From a bacterium (GTDB lineage Bacteria; Krumholzibacteriota; Krumholzibacteriia; Krumholzibacteriales; Krumholzibacteriaceae): DNA of 19,220 bases. Positions within the stretch are counted from its first letter, which is position 1. Each line of letters starts with the position of its first letter. The position numbers and the translations under genes are program-made. This document shows positions 8,751 to 16,641 of the stretch, piece by piece. Location: positions 2,925,270 to 2,944,489 of the forward strand of contig CP070727.1 in assembly GCA_020350885.1 (NCBI GenBank), given 5' to 3'. The notes below the pieces were generated by a model that ran no database searches, had not been told where the DNA came from, and was given only the letters and a program-made list of their open reading frames with translations.

Positions 8751-9938
8751 ATGCCGGACGAAGCTCTGCTGAACGATCCGACCACGATCGCCGTCGCTCT
8801 TATAGTGGGCATCGGCATGATCTTCCTTCTCGCCGCGCAACGGCGCCTGGCGGGCCTCTTTCGATTCATTCCCCCGATAACTTGGGCCTATTTTCTGCCG
8901 ATGATATGCACCACAGCAGGCATCCTTCCCGGCTCATCTCCCGTCTATACATGGATAACACATAATCTCCTCCCCGCATGCCTGATACTGCTCATCATGA
9001 CCACCGACATTCCGTCGATCATGAGGCTGGGGCCAAAGGCATTGGCAATGATGCTCGCCGGGAGCTTCGGCGTGGTTATCGGTGGACCGGTTATCATCTT
9101 GCTCTTCCACAGGTGGCTCCCCGATGAGGCCTGGAAGGGTATCGGCGCCCTTGGGGCAAGCTGGATCGGTGGCAGCGTGAACATGATGGCCGTGGCCGAA
9201 GGGATAGGTACACCGGCGGGATTGCTCGCCCCCCTCATCGTCGTCGACACCGTGGTCGGGTACTCATGGTTCGGGCTCCTGATATATCTCTCAAATTTCC
9301 AGAATGCGATCGACCGGCGTTTCTCATTCGACCGGTCAGTGATTGACGATCTCAACACCCGCTTAGATGAGATCCACACGAAGCGCAGCCGCCCGATAGC
9401 GATTCCCGACCTTGCTTTCATGCTGGCCGCCTCGTTCGGCATCGGCCGCCTGTGCCTTTGGTCGGGCGGCTTCCTTCCCGAGCTCGGCAATATCGTGGGA
9501 TCTTTCACATGGACGATAATCCTCGTGACCGCTGTCGGCATGCTGCTCTCCTTCACTCCCTTGAGGCGACTCGAGGATGCCGGGGCATCGAGGCTCGGCT
9601 ACATTGGTATCTACATCATCCTCGCCTCCATCGGCGCGCGCGCAGACTTGAGCGCCGTGCTCAAGACGCCGGTATTTTTCGCTGCCGGGGCTGTTTGGAT
9701 TCTGATCCATGCTGCAATTCTGGCCACCGCCGCGTGGCTCCTACGGGCCCCTGTCTTCTTTTTCGCCACAGGCTCCATGGCCAACATCGGCGGTACATCG
9801 ACCGGGCCAATAACCGCGTCGGTCTACCAATCGGCACTGGCTCCGGTCGGGCTTCTCATGGCGGTTTTAGGAATGCTGATCGGTACCTATGCGGGGCTCC
9901 TCTGCGCGCAGCTCTGCGCTCTTGTGGCCGGGTCGTAA
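8751..9938 (+). CDS. Polytopic integral membrane protein, DUF819-like (putative transporter)
   Basis: 395-aa ORF beginning 40 nt after the hydrolase stop. It has about 11 hydrophobic helices throughout. Overall length and composition resemble the DUF819/COG5505 family, but the family name is a recollection and was not verified. Confidence 0.8.
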   Translation: MPDEALLNDPTTIAVALIVGIGMIFLLAAQRRLAGLFRFIPPITWAYFLPMICTTAGILPGSSPVYTWITHNLLPACLILLIMTTDIPSIMRLGPKALAMMLAGSFGVVIGGPVIILLFHRWLPDEAWKGIGALGASWIGGSVNMMAVAEGIGTPAGLLAPLIVVDTVVGYSWFGLLIYLSNFQNAIDRRFSFDRSVIDDLNTRLDEIHTKRSRPIAIPDLAFMLAASFGIGRLCLWSGGFLPELGNIVGSFTWTIILVTAVGMLLSFTPLRRLEDAGASRLGYIGIYIILASIGARADLSAVLKTPVFFAAGAVWILIHAAILATAAWLLRAPVFFFATGSMANIGGTSTGPITASVYQSALAPVGLLMAVLGMLIGTYAGLLCAQLCALVAGS

Positions 9939-10092
9939 CGCACAATCCACACGCACTGACCGAATAATTGCCTGTATCATCCGTGTAGACGGTTTAACTG
10001 TATGGTCCCCTCTCTCGTTACGGGGTCGATAGGCATGTACCTCGGTCGGCACTTTTCAGTCTACTGGAATGGACGTGCCCATCGCTGGGCGC

Positions 10093-12348
10093 TCATCGCA
10101 AAAGCACCATCTTCCTCGTGATTATCTCGTTGCCCGCTATCAATCGGTATAAATAGACGCCGGAACCGACAGCCCTCCCGTACTTGTCTACGCCTCGCCA
10201 CTCGACGGTGTGCTTTCCCCCGGTCACGGTAATGTTATCCAGGAGCCGAATGATCAGTCTCCCCGATATGTCGTAAATCTCCATTGAAACGACACACGCA
10301 TCCGGCACGGAATAACTGATCCTTGTCATCGGATTGGATGGATTCGGCACGGGAGGCCACAATTCCACTACTTCGATCTTTTCGAACTTGGGCCCGCTCG
10401 AGCGCTTACCGACGATCGTTACACAATCGGTGCCTTCGAATGCTGTCCCATCCAATAGCGAACCCGTAATCGTCAATTCAACGACTTCGCCATGCCCCAC
10501 CGAGCCGAGGACTTCTGCGAGCTCCATACGTCTGAACTTCAACGTGAGATCGAGATAACCGTCAGGGCCTTCATCGGTACATGCACATTCACCACCATTC
10601 TCCACCGGTCGTGTGACGTCTTCGTAATTGCTTCTGATCGGTGCGATTCCTTCGAGGAGGATTGTCGAGATATCAATCTCATTGACGTCGAGCTCATCGC
10701 TCCCGACGATTGCCGCCGGTAGCACGCCGCCCTTTCTCGGCTTGGCGTACTCCTTGTTTGGTCCCTCGCCCTTGTCATCCTCATTGGGATCATTCTTGAC
10801 ATTGAAAGGATTGGGGCAAGATCCCGGTTTGATATCGAATCCAACTTCGACGGAGCTATAGATCCATTCCATCTCAATAAAGGAGCACGTCGGATTGATA
10901 CCGGGCTGCTCGAGATCGTACACGTGCTGGGACTTCCACATCAATTCGCTTCCCGGGTGGATAACGGAATGCCAGCCCGCTCCAGGTACGATCGGTTCCC
11001 AGTGCGCTCCGTTGTCAGCGCTCACCGACCAAACGATGGTCCCGACCTCGGTCGTTGTCAACTGCACCTCCGCGATATCTCTCTTTAGCTCATTGACGGC
11101 CAAAGACCTGCCGGTATTGGAGGTCGTATTAAAACGACGCTGGAAGACATGGAATATATGAACCCCACCCTCTACATCGGCCACGTAGGCATAGTCACCT
11201 GTGATGGCAACAACACGTGCATGTCCCGGTGTATCGTAGTTACCAACAAGTATGGGATTCGTAGGGTCAGTGATATCGATTACCTGTAGGCCACTACCAC
11301 GATCAGCCGCGTAGGCGAAATCCCCCTCGACGGTAACACCACGAACACGACCTGGTGTATCACAGCTTCCTATAATTATTGGAGTCGTGGGATTGCTGAT
11401 ATCGATCACCTGAAGACCTGATTCCAAGTCCCCAATATATGCATAATCGCCTTCGATGGTAAGATCATATGCCTCGTAGGGTGTATCACAGGTCCCGATA
11501 TGCACTATGTTCGTTGGATCGCTGATGTCGAAAACCATCATACCGGTCTGACCGTCAGCCAAGTAGGCGCAATCTCCCGAGATCCTGACATTTCGGGCGA
11601 GGTGGGGCGTGTTGTAATCATCAACTAGTGTCGGTGTTGCCGGATTGCTAACGTCGAATACGAGGAGACCCGACCCATAATCAGCAACATATGCATAATT
11701 CCCTGAAACCGCCAGGCCTACGGCGTACCCCGAAGTGTTGTATGTTGCGATATGCATTGGGCTTGTAGGATCACTGATATCCATCACGAGTAGACCTGTG
11801 AGACGGCCTGCCACGTAAGCATGATCACCAGAAACGGCGATTTCAAAGGAACCGTCGGGCGTGTTACAGCTTCCGGCAAGTATGGGATTAGTAGGATCGC
11901 TGATATCGAGCACCTGGAGATCCGAGCTGCCTGGCTGATTTGCGAGATAGGCATAATCACCAGAAATGGTAATGCCCCACGGTAGATACGTCGAAGTGTA
12001 GCTCGAAGCTAGTTCCGGCGGCAGCACCGGCTCGGCGATCCTTACTACTTGTACGCCGAGATCACCAGCACAGATGAAGCCGTACTCCCCGAAAGGAGTG
12101 AAAGTAAACCAAGTAGCATTCGCTTCATACGTGTCCAGCACCGTGGGATTTGCTGGATCACTTATATCAACAACAAGTAAACGATATTCACCTCCCACCC
12201 ATTCAGAGGTATAGAGATAATCTCCACTTACATCGCAGTAGCCTAAACTTCCCTCTGTATCCAGGACGCTGATGAATGCCGGAGTGGTCGGATCGGTGAT
12301 GTCGAGGACAATCAGATCGCTCTCTGGTTCGAGATACCTCCCGTTCAA
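10093..12348 (-). CDS. LVIVD-repeat beta-propeller protein with T9SS C-terminal sorting domain; C-terminal portion of a gene interrupted by a frameshift (see 12345-13121)
   Basis: The ORF is open from a TTG at 12348. It has many ~42-aa repeats L.V.DISDPTNP..(V/I)G.(Y/C)DTPG.A..V.(V/I).GDYAYVAD...GL.V.DIS, the LVIVD repeat signature. The C-terminus WPPVPNPSNPMTRISYSVP...GVYLYRLIAG...RKMVLLR is a T9SS CTD. The in-frame sequence upstream of the TTG continues the repeat (HVVSGNYLYL) back to a stop 57 nt upstream. Confidence 0.85.
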   Translation of the reverse strand: MNGRYLEPESDLIVLDITDPTTPAFISVLDTEGSLGYCDVSGDYLYTSEWVGGEYRLLVVDISDPANPTVLDTYEANATWFTFTPFGEYGFICAGDLGVQVVRIAEPVLPPELASSYTSTYLPWGITISGDYAYLANQPGSSDLQVLDISDPTNPILAGSCNTPDGSFEIAVSGDHAYVAGRLTGLLVMDISDPTSPMHIATYNTSGYAVGLAVSGNYAYVADYGSGLLVFDVSNPATPTLVDDYNTPHLARNVRISGDCAYLADGQTGMMVFDISDPTNIVHIGTCDTPYEAYDLTIEGDYAYIGDLESGLQVIDISNPTTPIIIGSCDTPGRVRGVTVEGDFAYAADRGSGLQVIDITDPTNPILVGNYDTPGHARVVAITGDYAYVADVEGGVHIFHVFQRRFNTTSNTGRSLAVNELKRDIAEVQLTTTEVGTIVWSVSADNGAHWEPIVPGAGWHSVIHPGSELMWKSQHVYDLEQPGINPTCSFIEMEWIYSSVEVGFDIKPGSCPNPFNVKNDPNEDDKGEGPNKEYAKPRKGGVLPAAIVGSDELDVNEIDISTILLEGIAPIRSNYEDVTRPVENGGECACTDEGPDGYLDLTLKFRRMELAEVLGSVGHGEVVELTITGSLLDGTAFEGTDCVTIVGKRSSGPKFEKIEVVELWPPVPNPSNPMTRISYSVPDACVVSMEIYDISGRLIIRLLDNITVTGGKHTVEWRGVDKYGRAVGSGVYLYRLIAGNEIITRKMVLLR

Positions 12349-13121
12349 GTACAGGTAATTCCCTGATACGACGTGCCCCCCACTATATTGCCGGGTGGTT
12401 GATAGTCACCGACCATTACCGGATTGTAGGGATCACTGATATTGTAAACATCCAGGCCGTGAGCTTCATCGGATAGGAAAACGTAGTCTCCCGCGATTGA
12501 AATAACGTAACAATAATGAAAACACCCGGCACTGCTGATTTTTGTGGGATTTGTGGGGTCACTTATGTCTACGACTACCAATCCGTCAAATCCGGCTGCG
12601 ATGTATGCGAAGTCTCCGGCAATGACTATATCCCGGCAGCGGCTCATGTTGGTGCAGCTTCCCGCTATGAAAGGGCTCGTGGGATCAGTGATATCAACGA
12701 CTTGGAGCAAGGCTCCCGGAGCGCACGCAACATAGGCATAATTACCGGAAATCTTCACCGGTCCACCATTGTGGGGAAGATCAATACCCGTCACTATGAC
12801 GGGAGACTCGGGATTACTTATATCCATTACCAGAAACTCGGGATAGTCGCCGAGTCCAACGAATGCATAGTCTCCATGAACAGCTACAAAGAGGGCATTT
12901 GCCGGTGTACCGACACTGCCAACAAGCTGCACTTCGAACGGCGGGAGTTTCAATTCACCTGCGACGGTATCCCAACAGGCGGTGGTATTGACGGCGTCCT
13001 TGTACATCGTCGTTGTGAAATCCTCGCTGTAGTGGGTGTCGGAGGCCTCCACTGGCACACAGAGAACCGTACTTACGAAGAGAAGCACCGTGACGATTGA
13101 AATTTCGCTTAGCTTCCTCAT
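12345..13121 (-). CDS. LVIVD-repeat protein, N-terminal portion (signal peptide plus first repeats) of the same frameshift-interrupted gene
   Basis: The ATG at 13119-13121 (complement) has GGAGGTGA 7 nt upstream. A signal peptide MRKLSEISIVTVLLFVSTVLCVPVEA is followed by LVIVD repeats (FLVMDISNPESP, LQVVDITDPTSP, LVVVDISDPTNP, LDVYNISDPYNP). The frame terminates 9 codons after a C6 run at 12376-12381. Reading one extra C restores continuity with the 10093-12348 ORF. Confidence 0.85.
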   Translation of the reverse strand: MRKLSEISIVTVLLFVSTVLCVPVEASDTHYSEDFTTTMYKDAVNTTACWDTVAGELKLPPFEVQLVGSVGTPANALFVAVHGDYAFVGLGDYPEFLVMDISNPESPVIVTGIDLPHNGGPVKISGNYAYVACAPGALLQVVDITDPTSPFIAGSCTNMSRCRDIVIAGDFAYIAAGFDGLVVVDISDPTNPTKISSAGCFHYCYVISIAGDYVFLSDEAHGLDVYNISDPYNPVMVGDYQPPGNIVGGTSYQGITCT

Positions 13122-13601
13122 CGCTCATCACCTCCATGATTATGAAGCTACCAACAACGAACTTAGTTACGGGTACTCTTACCCGTCACTAGGTAAGAAA
13201 TAGAACAGTCGACTCAAGCCAGGCACTAGTGTGAAGATCGCTTCAATTAATAAGCAACCGTTTCTGGGCAGAATTTTTAGTGGTTCAAACCCCTAAGTTT
13301 CCATGACGGAGTGTATATTAATTCCCGATATTTTTCAAATATTATCAATTAATTTTCTGAAAAAACAAGATAAAGGGAATTGTTGTGCTGGTGATGTTAA
13401 TGGAAAACTGCTAGACACTGCCGCAAAGAATTCGAACCTTGGAAGAGATACAATTTGCGGGGGATCTTCTGAAGATCGAAGAACCTCCTGTATATCAATA
13501 GATTGCATAAAAATTATTACGCTTGAACAAGTTATGGCTCAGGAACATGCGACAGCCAGACATGTTATTGTAATTTGCACAACAGTTACGAAAACATAAG
13601 T

Positions 13602-14363
13602 TCATCCGCCGCCACTGATTCTGACGAACTGGGTCATGTCGAGACAAAAATGGATGCACCAGAACCAAACCACATCACGCGACCGTTGCAAAACGAGTAT
13701 GACCAAAACACCGAGTCCAGCATCCCGTATGAATCCCGTTAACTCAGACAATGTCATGCCTTGCGACACCATTACTGGAATGTGGCCGGCGGCGAACAAG
13801 CATGCAACTACGAACGTCGCCCAGAGCTTTCCGATGGCACCTGCCATGCGAACGAACAGGATGGCGATCGTAAGATCCTCAAGAAACACCTGCACCATCT
13901 CGTCTATGTGCTCGTACGCCCAGATTCGGCCTAAGAGGATCCAGGGCGCGTCAGCGCTGTCCCGCAAGAGTAAGTAGGCGGTGACAGTAAGACTCGCCAA
14001 CACAAGCCCCACGAGTAATCGCGTGCCGACACGGGCCCGAGGAAGCCATGCTGATGTCCACGGTTGTCGACGAATGACCAATACGAGGAGGATAGGTGCG
14101 AAGATCAAAACCTGATTAACAGAGCCCAGTAAGGGACCAGCCGGACCTTGCTCCGGGAGGCGGATCCCTCTCGTCCAAAACTGCCCCATAACGAGGATCC
14201 CTACTGCCCCGAGAAGGGCAATCCCCAACTCCTTCCAAGGACGCGCAATGTCTTCGCTCCGCTCGCTTGGCCACACACTGGGTAGCAAGCGACTTGCGAG
14301 CAGCCATCCACCCAGCCCCACCAGGTAGGCTAGAGCGAGCGGCGTATCATGCCCCTGTAACAA
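13602..14363 (-). CDS. CPBP-family (CAAX protease / Abi, PF02517-like) intramembrane metalloprotease homolog
   Basis: 253-aa hydrophobic multi-TM protein. It has motif 2 F-x-x-x-H (LFAAGHIP) and motif 3 H-x-x-x-(N/D) (HFCLD). The motif 1 region is the variant form FLEDLTIAILFVR, where the family usually has EExxxR. Confidence 0.7.
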   Translation of the reverse strand: MLQGHDTPLALAYLVGLGGWLLASRLLPSVWPSERSEDIARPWKELGIALLGAVGILVMGQFWTRGIRLPEQGPAGPLLGSVNQVLIFAPILLVLVIRRQPWTSAWLPRARVGTRLLVGLVLASLTVTAYLLLRDSADAPWILLGRIWAYEHIDEMVQVFLEDLTIAILFVRMAGAIGKLWATFVVACLFAAGHIPVMVSQGMTLSELTGFIRDAGLGVLVILVLQRSRDVVWFWCIHFCLDMTQFVRISGGG

Positions 14364-14458
14364 TCCGTCTTTTCCTTGTCATTGAATAGTCAGTTCCTGG
14401 TCTGTCTAAAAAGAGTAATACAGCCACTTCATTTTCATAATATTCTTCAAGAAAAAGC

Positions 14459-14487
14459 ACCATAAACCACCACAGGTTAAGTGTCAA
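14459..14487 (-). promoter_or_regulatory. Candidate sigma70 promoter for the CPBP gene: -35 TTGACA (14482-14487, complement), 17-nt spacer, -10 TATGGT (14459-14464, complement)
   Basis: The plus strand reads accata-N17-tgtcaa. This is a perfect -35 with a 4/6 -10. It predicts a ~90-nt leader to the ATG at 14363. Confidence 0.35.
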
Positions 14488-14772
14488 CGGCAAAGGCTCA
14501 ACTCACATTATAATAATGAGGATGAAAAATGAATTGATGAACACTATCGCAACGTTCGAACCATCGCGCGGATCCTTTTTGAGGTTGAGACACTCGATAC
14601 AGGCGCTGCATCGATCTACAAGCAAATCGTGCCTAATGCATTGCAACCTCAACAACTAGGTCTGAGCAACTCTTCGATCGGCGGAAGGCTCGGTGTCACC
14701 AATAAAACGGTTCCAAACGTGCTGCTTGACAACAAGGACAACAGAGCAACTCCGATGTTGATCATTTCATAT

Positions 14773-15891
14773 CTATTCCTCTTTGTCCCGACGGCTCACT
14801 TCAGCAGCTCCTTTGCCCGGCTCGCGGCCGAAGGCGGTGAGCCCACCCAGTGCTCCCAGTCCCATTGTTTCGACAGCGGTGGAGGGAACGATGATCATCG
14901 AGCCCTTCTGTCTCAATCCCTCGTATACCATGTTCATCGCCCGCAGGTGAAGCGCCACTGCATTGTTCTCATAGTGCTGGGATGCACTGGCAAACTTCTC
15001 CGCTATTTCAGTCTCCGCCGTCCCGAGGATGATACGGCTCTGCCGCTCTCTTTCCGCCTGTGCCTGCCGAGACATGGCGTCTTCGAGCCCCTTGGGAATA
15101 ATGATGTCGCGGATCTCTACATCTTGGGTTGTTATTCCCCACCCGCTGGTCTTTTCGTCCAGGAGCTTCTGGATTTCGGCGCCGAGCCGGTCACGCTCGG
15201 AGAGCAGAGTTGCCAGCTCGTTCTTGCCGATGGCGTTGCGTAGTGCCGTTTGCGCCGATAGGATCACCGCCTGATCAAATTTCTCCACTTCTAGCACCGC
15301 CTTCTGCGCGTCCCAAACCATCCAGAAGGCAATGGCATCCACATTCACCGGAACCGTATCCGCCGTCAGTGTGGTTTCGGCGCTGAAATCGGTAACACGG
15401 ATACGCTGATCGACGAACTGGGCAACTTTGTCGATCACCGGCACAATGGCGAACAGTCCAGGATGTCGCAGTCCTTGGAACTTGCCGAAGCGCAACAGCA
15501 CCGCCCGCTCCCACTGGTAGGCGATCTGTATAGCAGGTGCGATCAGCAGCGCCGCTACAATCGTTATCAATAGCACATCATCGTCGGGACGCAGTGCGAG
15601 GTAGGCGATCAGGCAGTCTGCAGTGCCCAATACGACCACCGCTTCCCATACCTGACTCAACCTGGTCAGACCGGCGAGAATCAATGCCGATCCCAAGAAC
15701 AACACTACGGCCCGGAAGTCGAATCCGTGGAGGCCCAGGTGAATTACCAGGCCAATCACGAAGACGGCCACTAGTATCAGAACGTTCAATGGAGCAAACC
15801 GAAAATCGGCCCTCATTCCCTTCGCGAATTCCTCCAGTGAGAATATCGGACATGGTTTTCCAGACCCGGCTGCTTTGAGCGTTCCACTCAT
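14773..15891 (-). CDS. SPFH/band-7 (stomatin/HflKC-like) domain membrane protein with a ~110-aa multi-TM N-terminal extension
   Basis: 372 aa. The segment from LRFGKFQGLRHPGLFAIVPVIDKVAQFVDQRIRVTDF...VDAIAFWMVWDAQKAVLEVEKFDQAV...GWGITTQDVEIRDIIIPKGLEDAMSRQAQAERERQSRII is a canonical stomatin/SPFH core. The ATG overlaps the upstream gene stop (ATGA), with GGAGG 7 nt upstream. Confidence 0.92.
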   Translation of the reverse strand: MSGTLKAAGSGKPCPIFSLEEFAKGMRADFRFAPLNVLILVAVFVIGLVIHLGLHGFDFRAVVLFLGSALILAGLTRLSQVWEAVVVLGTADCLIAYLALRPDDDVLLITIVAALLIAPAIQIAYQWERAVLLRFGKFQGLRHPGLFAIVPVIDKVAQFVDQRIRVTDFSAETTLTADTVPVNVDAIAFWMVWDAQKAVLEVEKFDQAVILSAQTALRNAIGKNELATLLSERDRLGAEIQKLLDEKTSGWGITTQDVEIRDIIIPKGLEDAMSRQAQAERERQSRIILGTAETEIAEKFASASQHYENNAVALHLRAMNMVYEGLRQKGSMIIVPSTAVETMGLGALGGLTAFGREPGKGAAEVSRRDKEE

Positions 15892-16265
15892 GACGACGCC
15901 TCCTTTCTATGGCGCAGCCCCTCCAGGACGTCTTCTAGGGACAGTCCGTAGCTGGAGGCGCGGGCCAAAAGATCCGTGATTATCTGGTCCAGCATTCGTT
16001 GCTTCTCGAGCTGGTCGATCTCTGGCTTCTGGTGACCGATGAAGGTCCCCGAACCTTGCTGCGTGTCAACCACACCCTCGATTTCGAGCTCGCGGTACGC
16101 ACGGACGACTGTGTTCGGATTGATGGAGAGGTCTACGGCGAGCTGGCGGACCGTCGGCAACCGATCTCCCGTTGCCAGCTCGCCACGTGCTATGCCGAAC
16201 TTGATCTGCTCGATGATCTGCCGGTAGAACGGCACGCCGCTTTTCGGATCGATTAAAAACTTCAT
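15888..16265 (-). CDS. GntR-family transcriptional regulator, short YtrA-like subfamily (winged HTH plus a short C-terminal dimerisation helix)
   Basis: MKFLIDPKSGVPFYRQIIEQIKFGIARGELATGDRLPTVRQLAVDLSINPNTVVRAYRELEIEGVVDTQQGSGTFI is a textbook GntR HTH, and the total length of ~125 aa is typical of YtrA-like proteins. The start was chosen at the ATG at 16263-16265 (complement), which has GGGAG 8 nt upstream. The ORF-track start at 16280 lacks an RBS. Confidence 0.9.
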   Translation of the reverse strand: MKFLIDPKSGVPFYRQIIEQIKFGIARGELATGDRLPTVRQLAVDLSINPNTVVRAYRELEIEGVVDTQQGSGTFIGHQKPEIDQLEKQRMLDQIITDLLARASSYGLSLEDVLEGLRHRKEASS

Positions 16266-16308
16266 GACAGCATCTCCCATTATTGTTATAGAACATTACT
16301 GTATTAAT

Positions 16309-16336
16309 ATTATAGTACAATCATACTACTTGTCAA
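16309..16336 (-). promoter_or_regulatory. Near-consensus sigma70 promoter of the GntR-SPFH operon: -35 TTGACA (16331-16336, complement), 16-nt spacer, -10 TATAAT (16309-16314, complement). It is embedded in an AT-rich region with TTATAGwAC direct repeats and attgt/acaat inverted arms, which are candidate operator sites
   Basis: The plus strand reads attata-N16-tgtcaa. The TSS would lie about 35 nt upstream of the GntR ATG. TTATAGAAC (16286-16294) and TTATAGTAC (16310-16318) flank and overlap the -10, as expected for autoregulation by a GntR protein. Operator assignment is inference. Confidence 0.5.
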
Positions 16337-16443
16337 TCCCTTTTTCAGCACAAACGGCGATATATTGTAAGCTCTTAAATTATAAATACTTAGAGGTAAC
16401 GACGCCGGTCGACATAATAATATACATCGTGAAGGGGTAGAGA

Positions 16444-16641
16444 GTGAGGTATCCGTATTCCATGTCGGTTTTCGGCGGTATAATGAACCTGTACTGGGAC
16501 GCACCGGATGACAACGGGCGGATCGTCTCGCCCGGCATCTACTTCATATGTGATTCCATCCATCCACACTGCGGGGGGAGCGGCATTCCCGCCCCCCACA
16601 GTGCTATACAGGCGGTCAGATCCCATGTATCTTCATCTTGA
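16444..16641 (+). pseudogene. Possible decayed remnant of a T9SS C-terminal sorting domain (gene fragment)
   Basis: Residues MNLYWDAPDDNGRIVSPGIYFI (nt 16486-16545) align with the CTD core of the three intact cargo proteins in this window (for example AVNWNGLDNNGAAVASGIYFYKI). The match is W..xD.NG..V..GIYF, 9 of 17 identical. There is no upstream N-terminal coding continuity, the ORF begins directly after a stop, and it overlaps the 3' end of the minus-strand repeat gene. Confidence 0.3.

Noticed and set aside
12516-13100. 194-aa plus-strand ORF antisense to the LVIVD gene. The same applies to 14629-15243 and 15029-15386 antisense to the SPFH gene, to 16638-17330 and 16802-17173 antisense to the repeat gene, and to 18349-18905 antisense to the DUF4097 gene
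   Set aside because: Low-complexity or biased composition and no RBS. They are fully embedded opposite well-supported genes.
13282-13292. GGTTCAAACCC, resembling a tRNA T-loop
   Set aside because: Flanking sequence cannot be folded into acceptor, D and anticodon arms, so no tRNA.
13303-13599. 98-aa Cys-rich ORF in the AT-rich region upstream of the LVIVD gene
   Set aside because: It has no RBS or recognisable motif and sits in the promoter region of a minus-strand gene. It is probably spurious, although a small-protein gene cannot be excluded without expression data.
16571-16599. GC-rich hairpin (gggggg ... cccccc) 20-45 nt downstream of the repeat-gene stop
   Set aside because: No U-tract on the relevant strand. 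It could still be a terminator, but the evidence is insufficient to call it as a feature.
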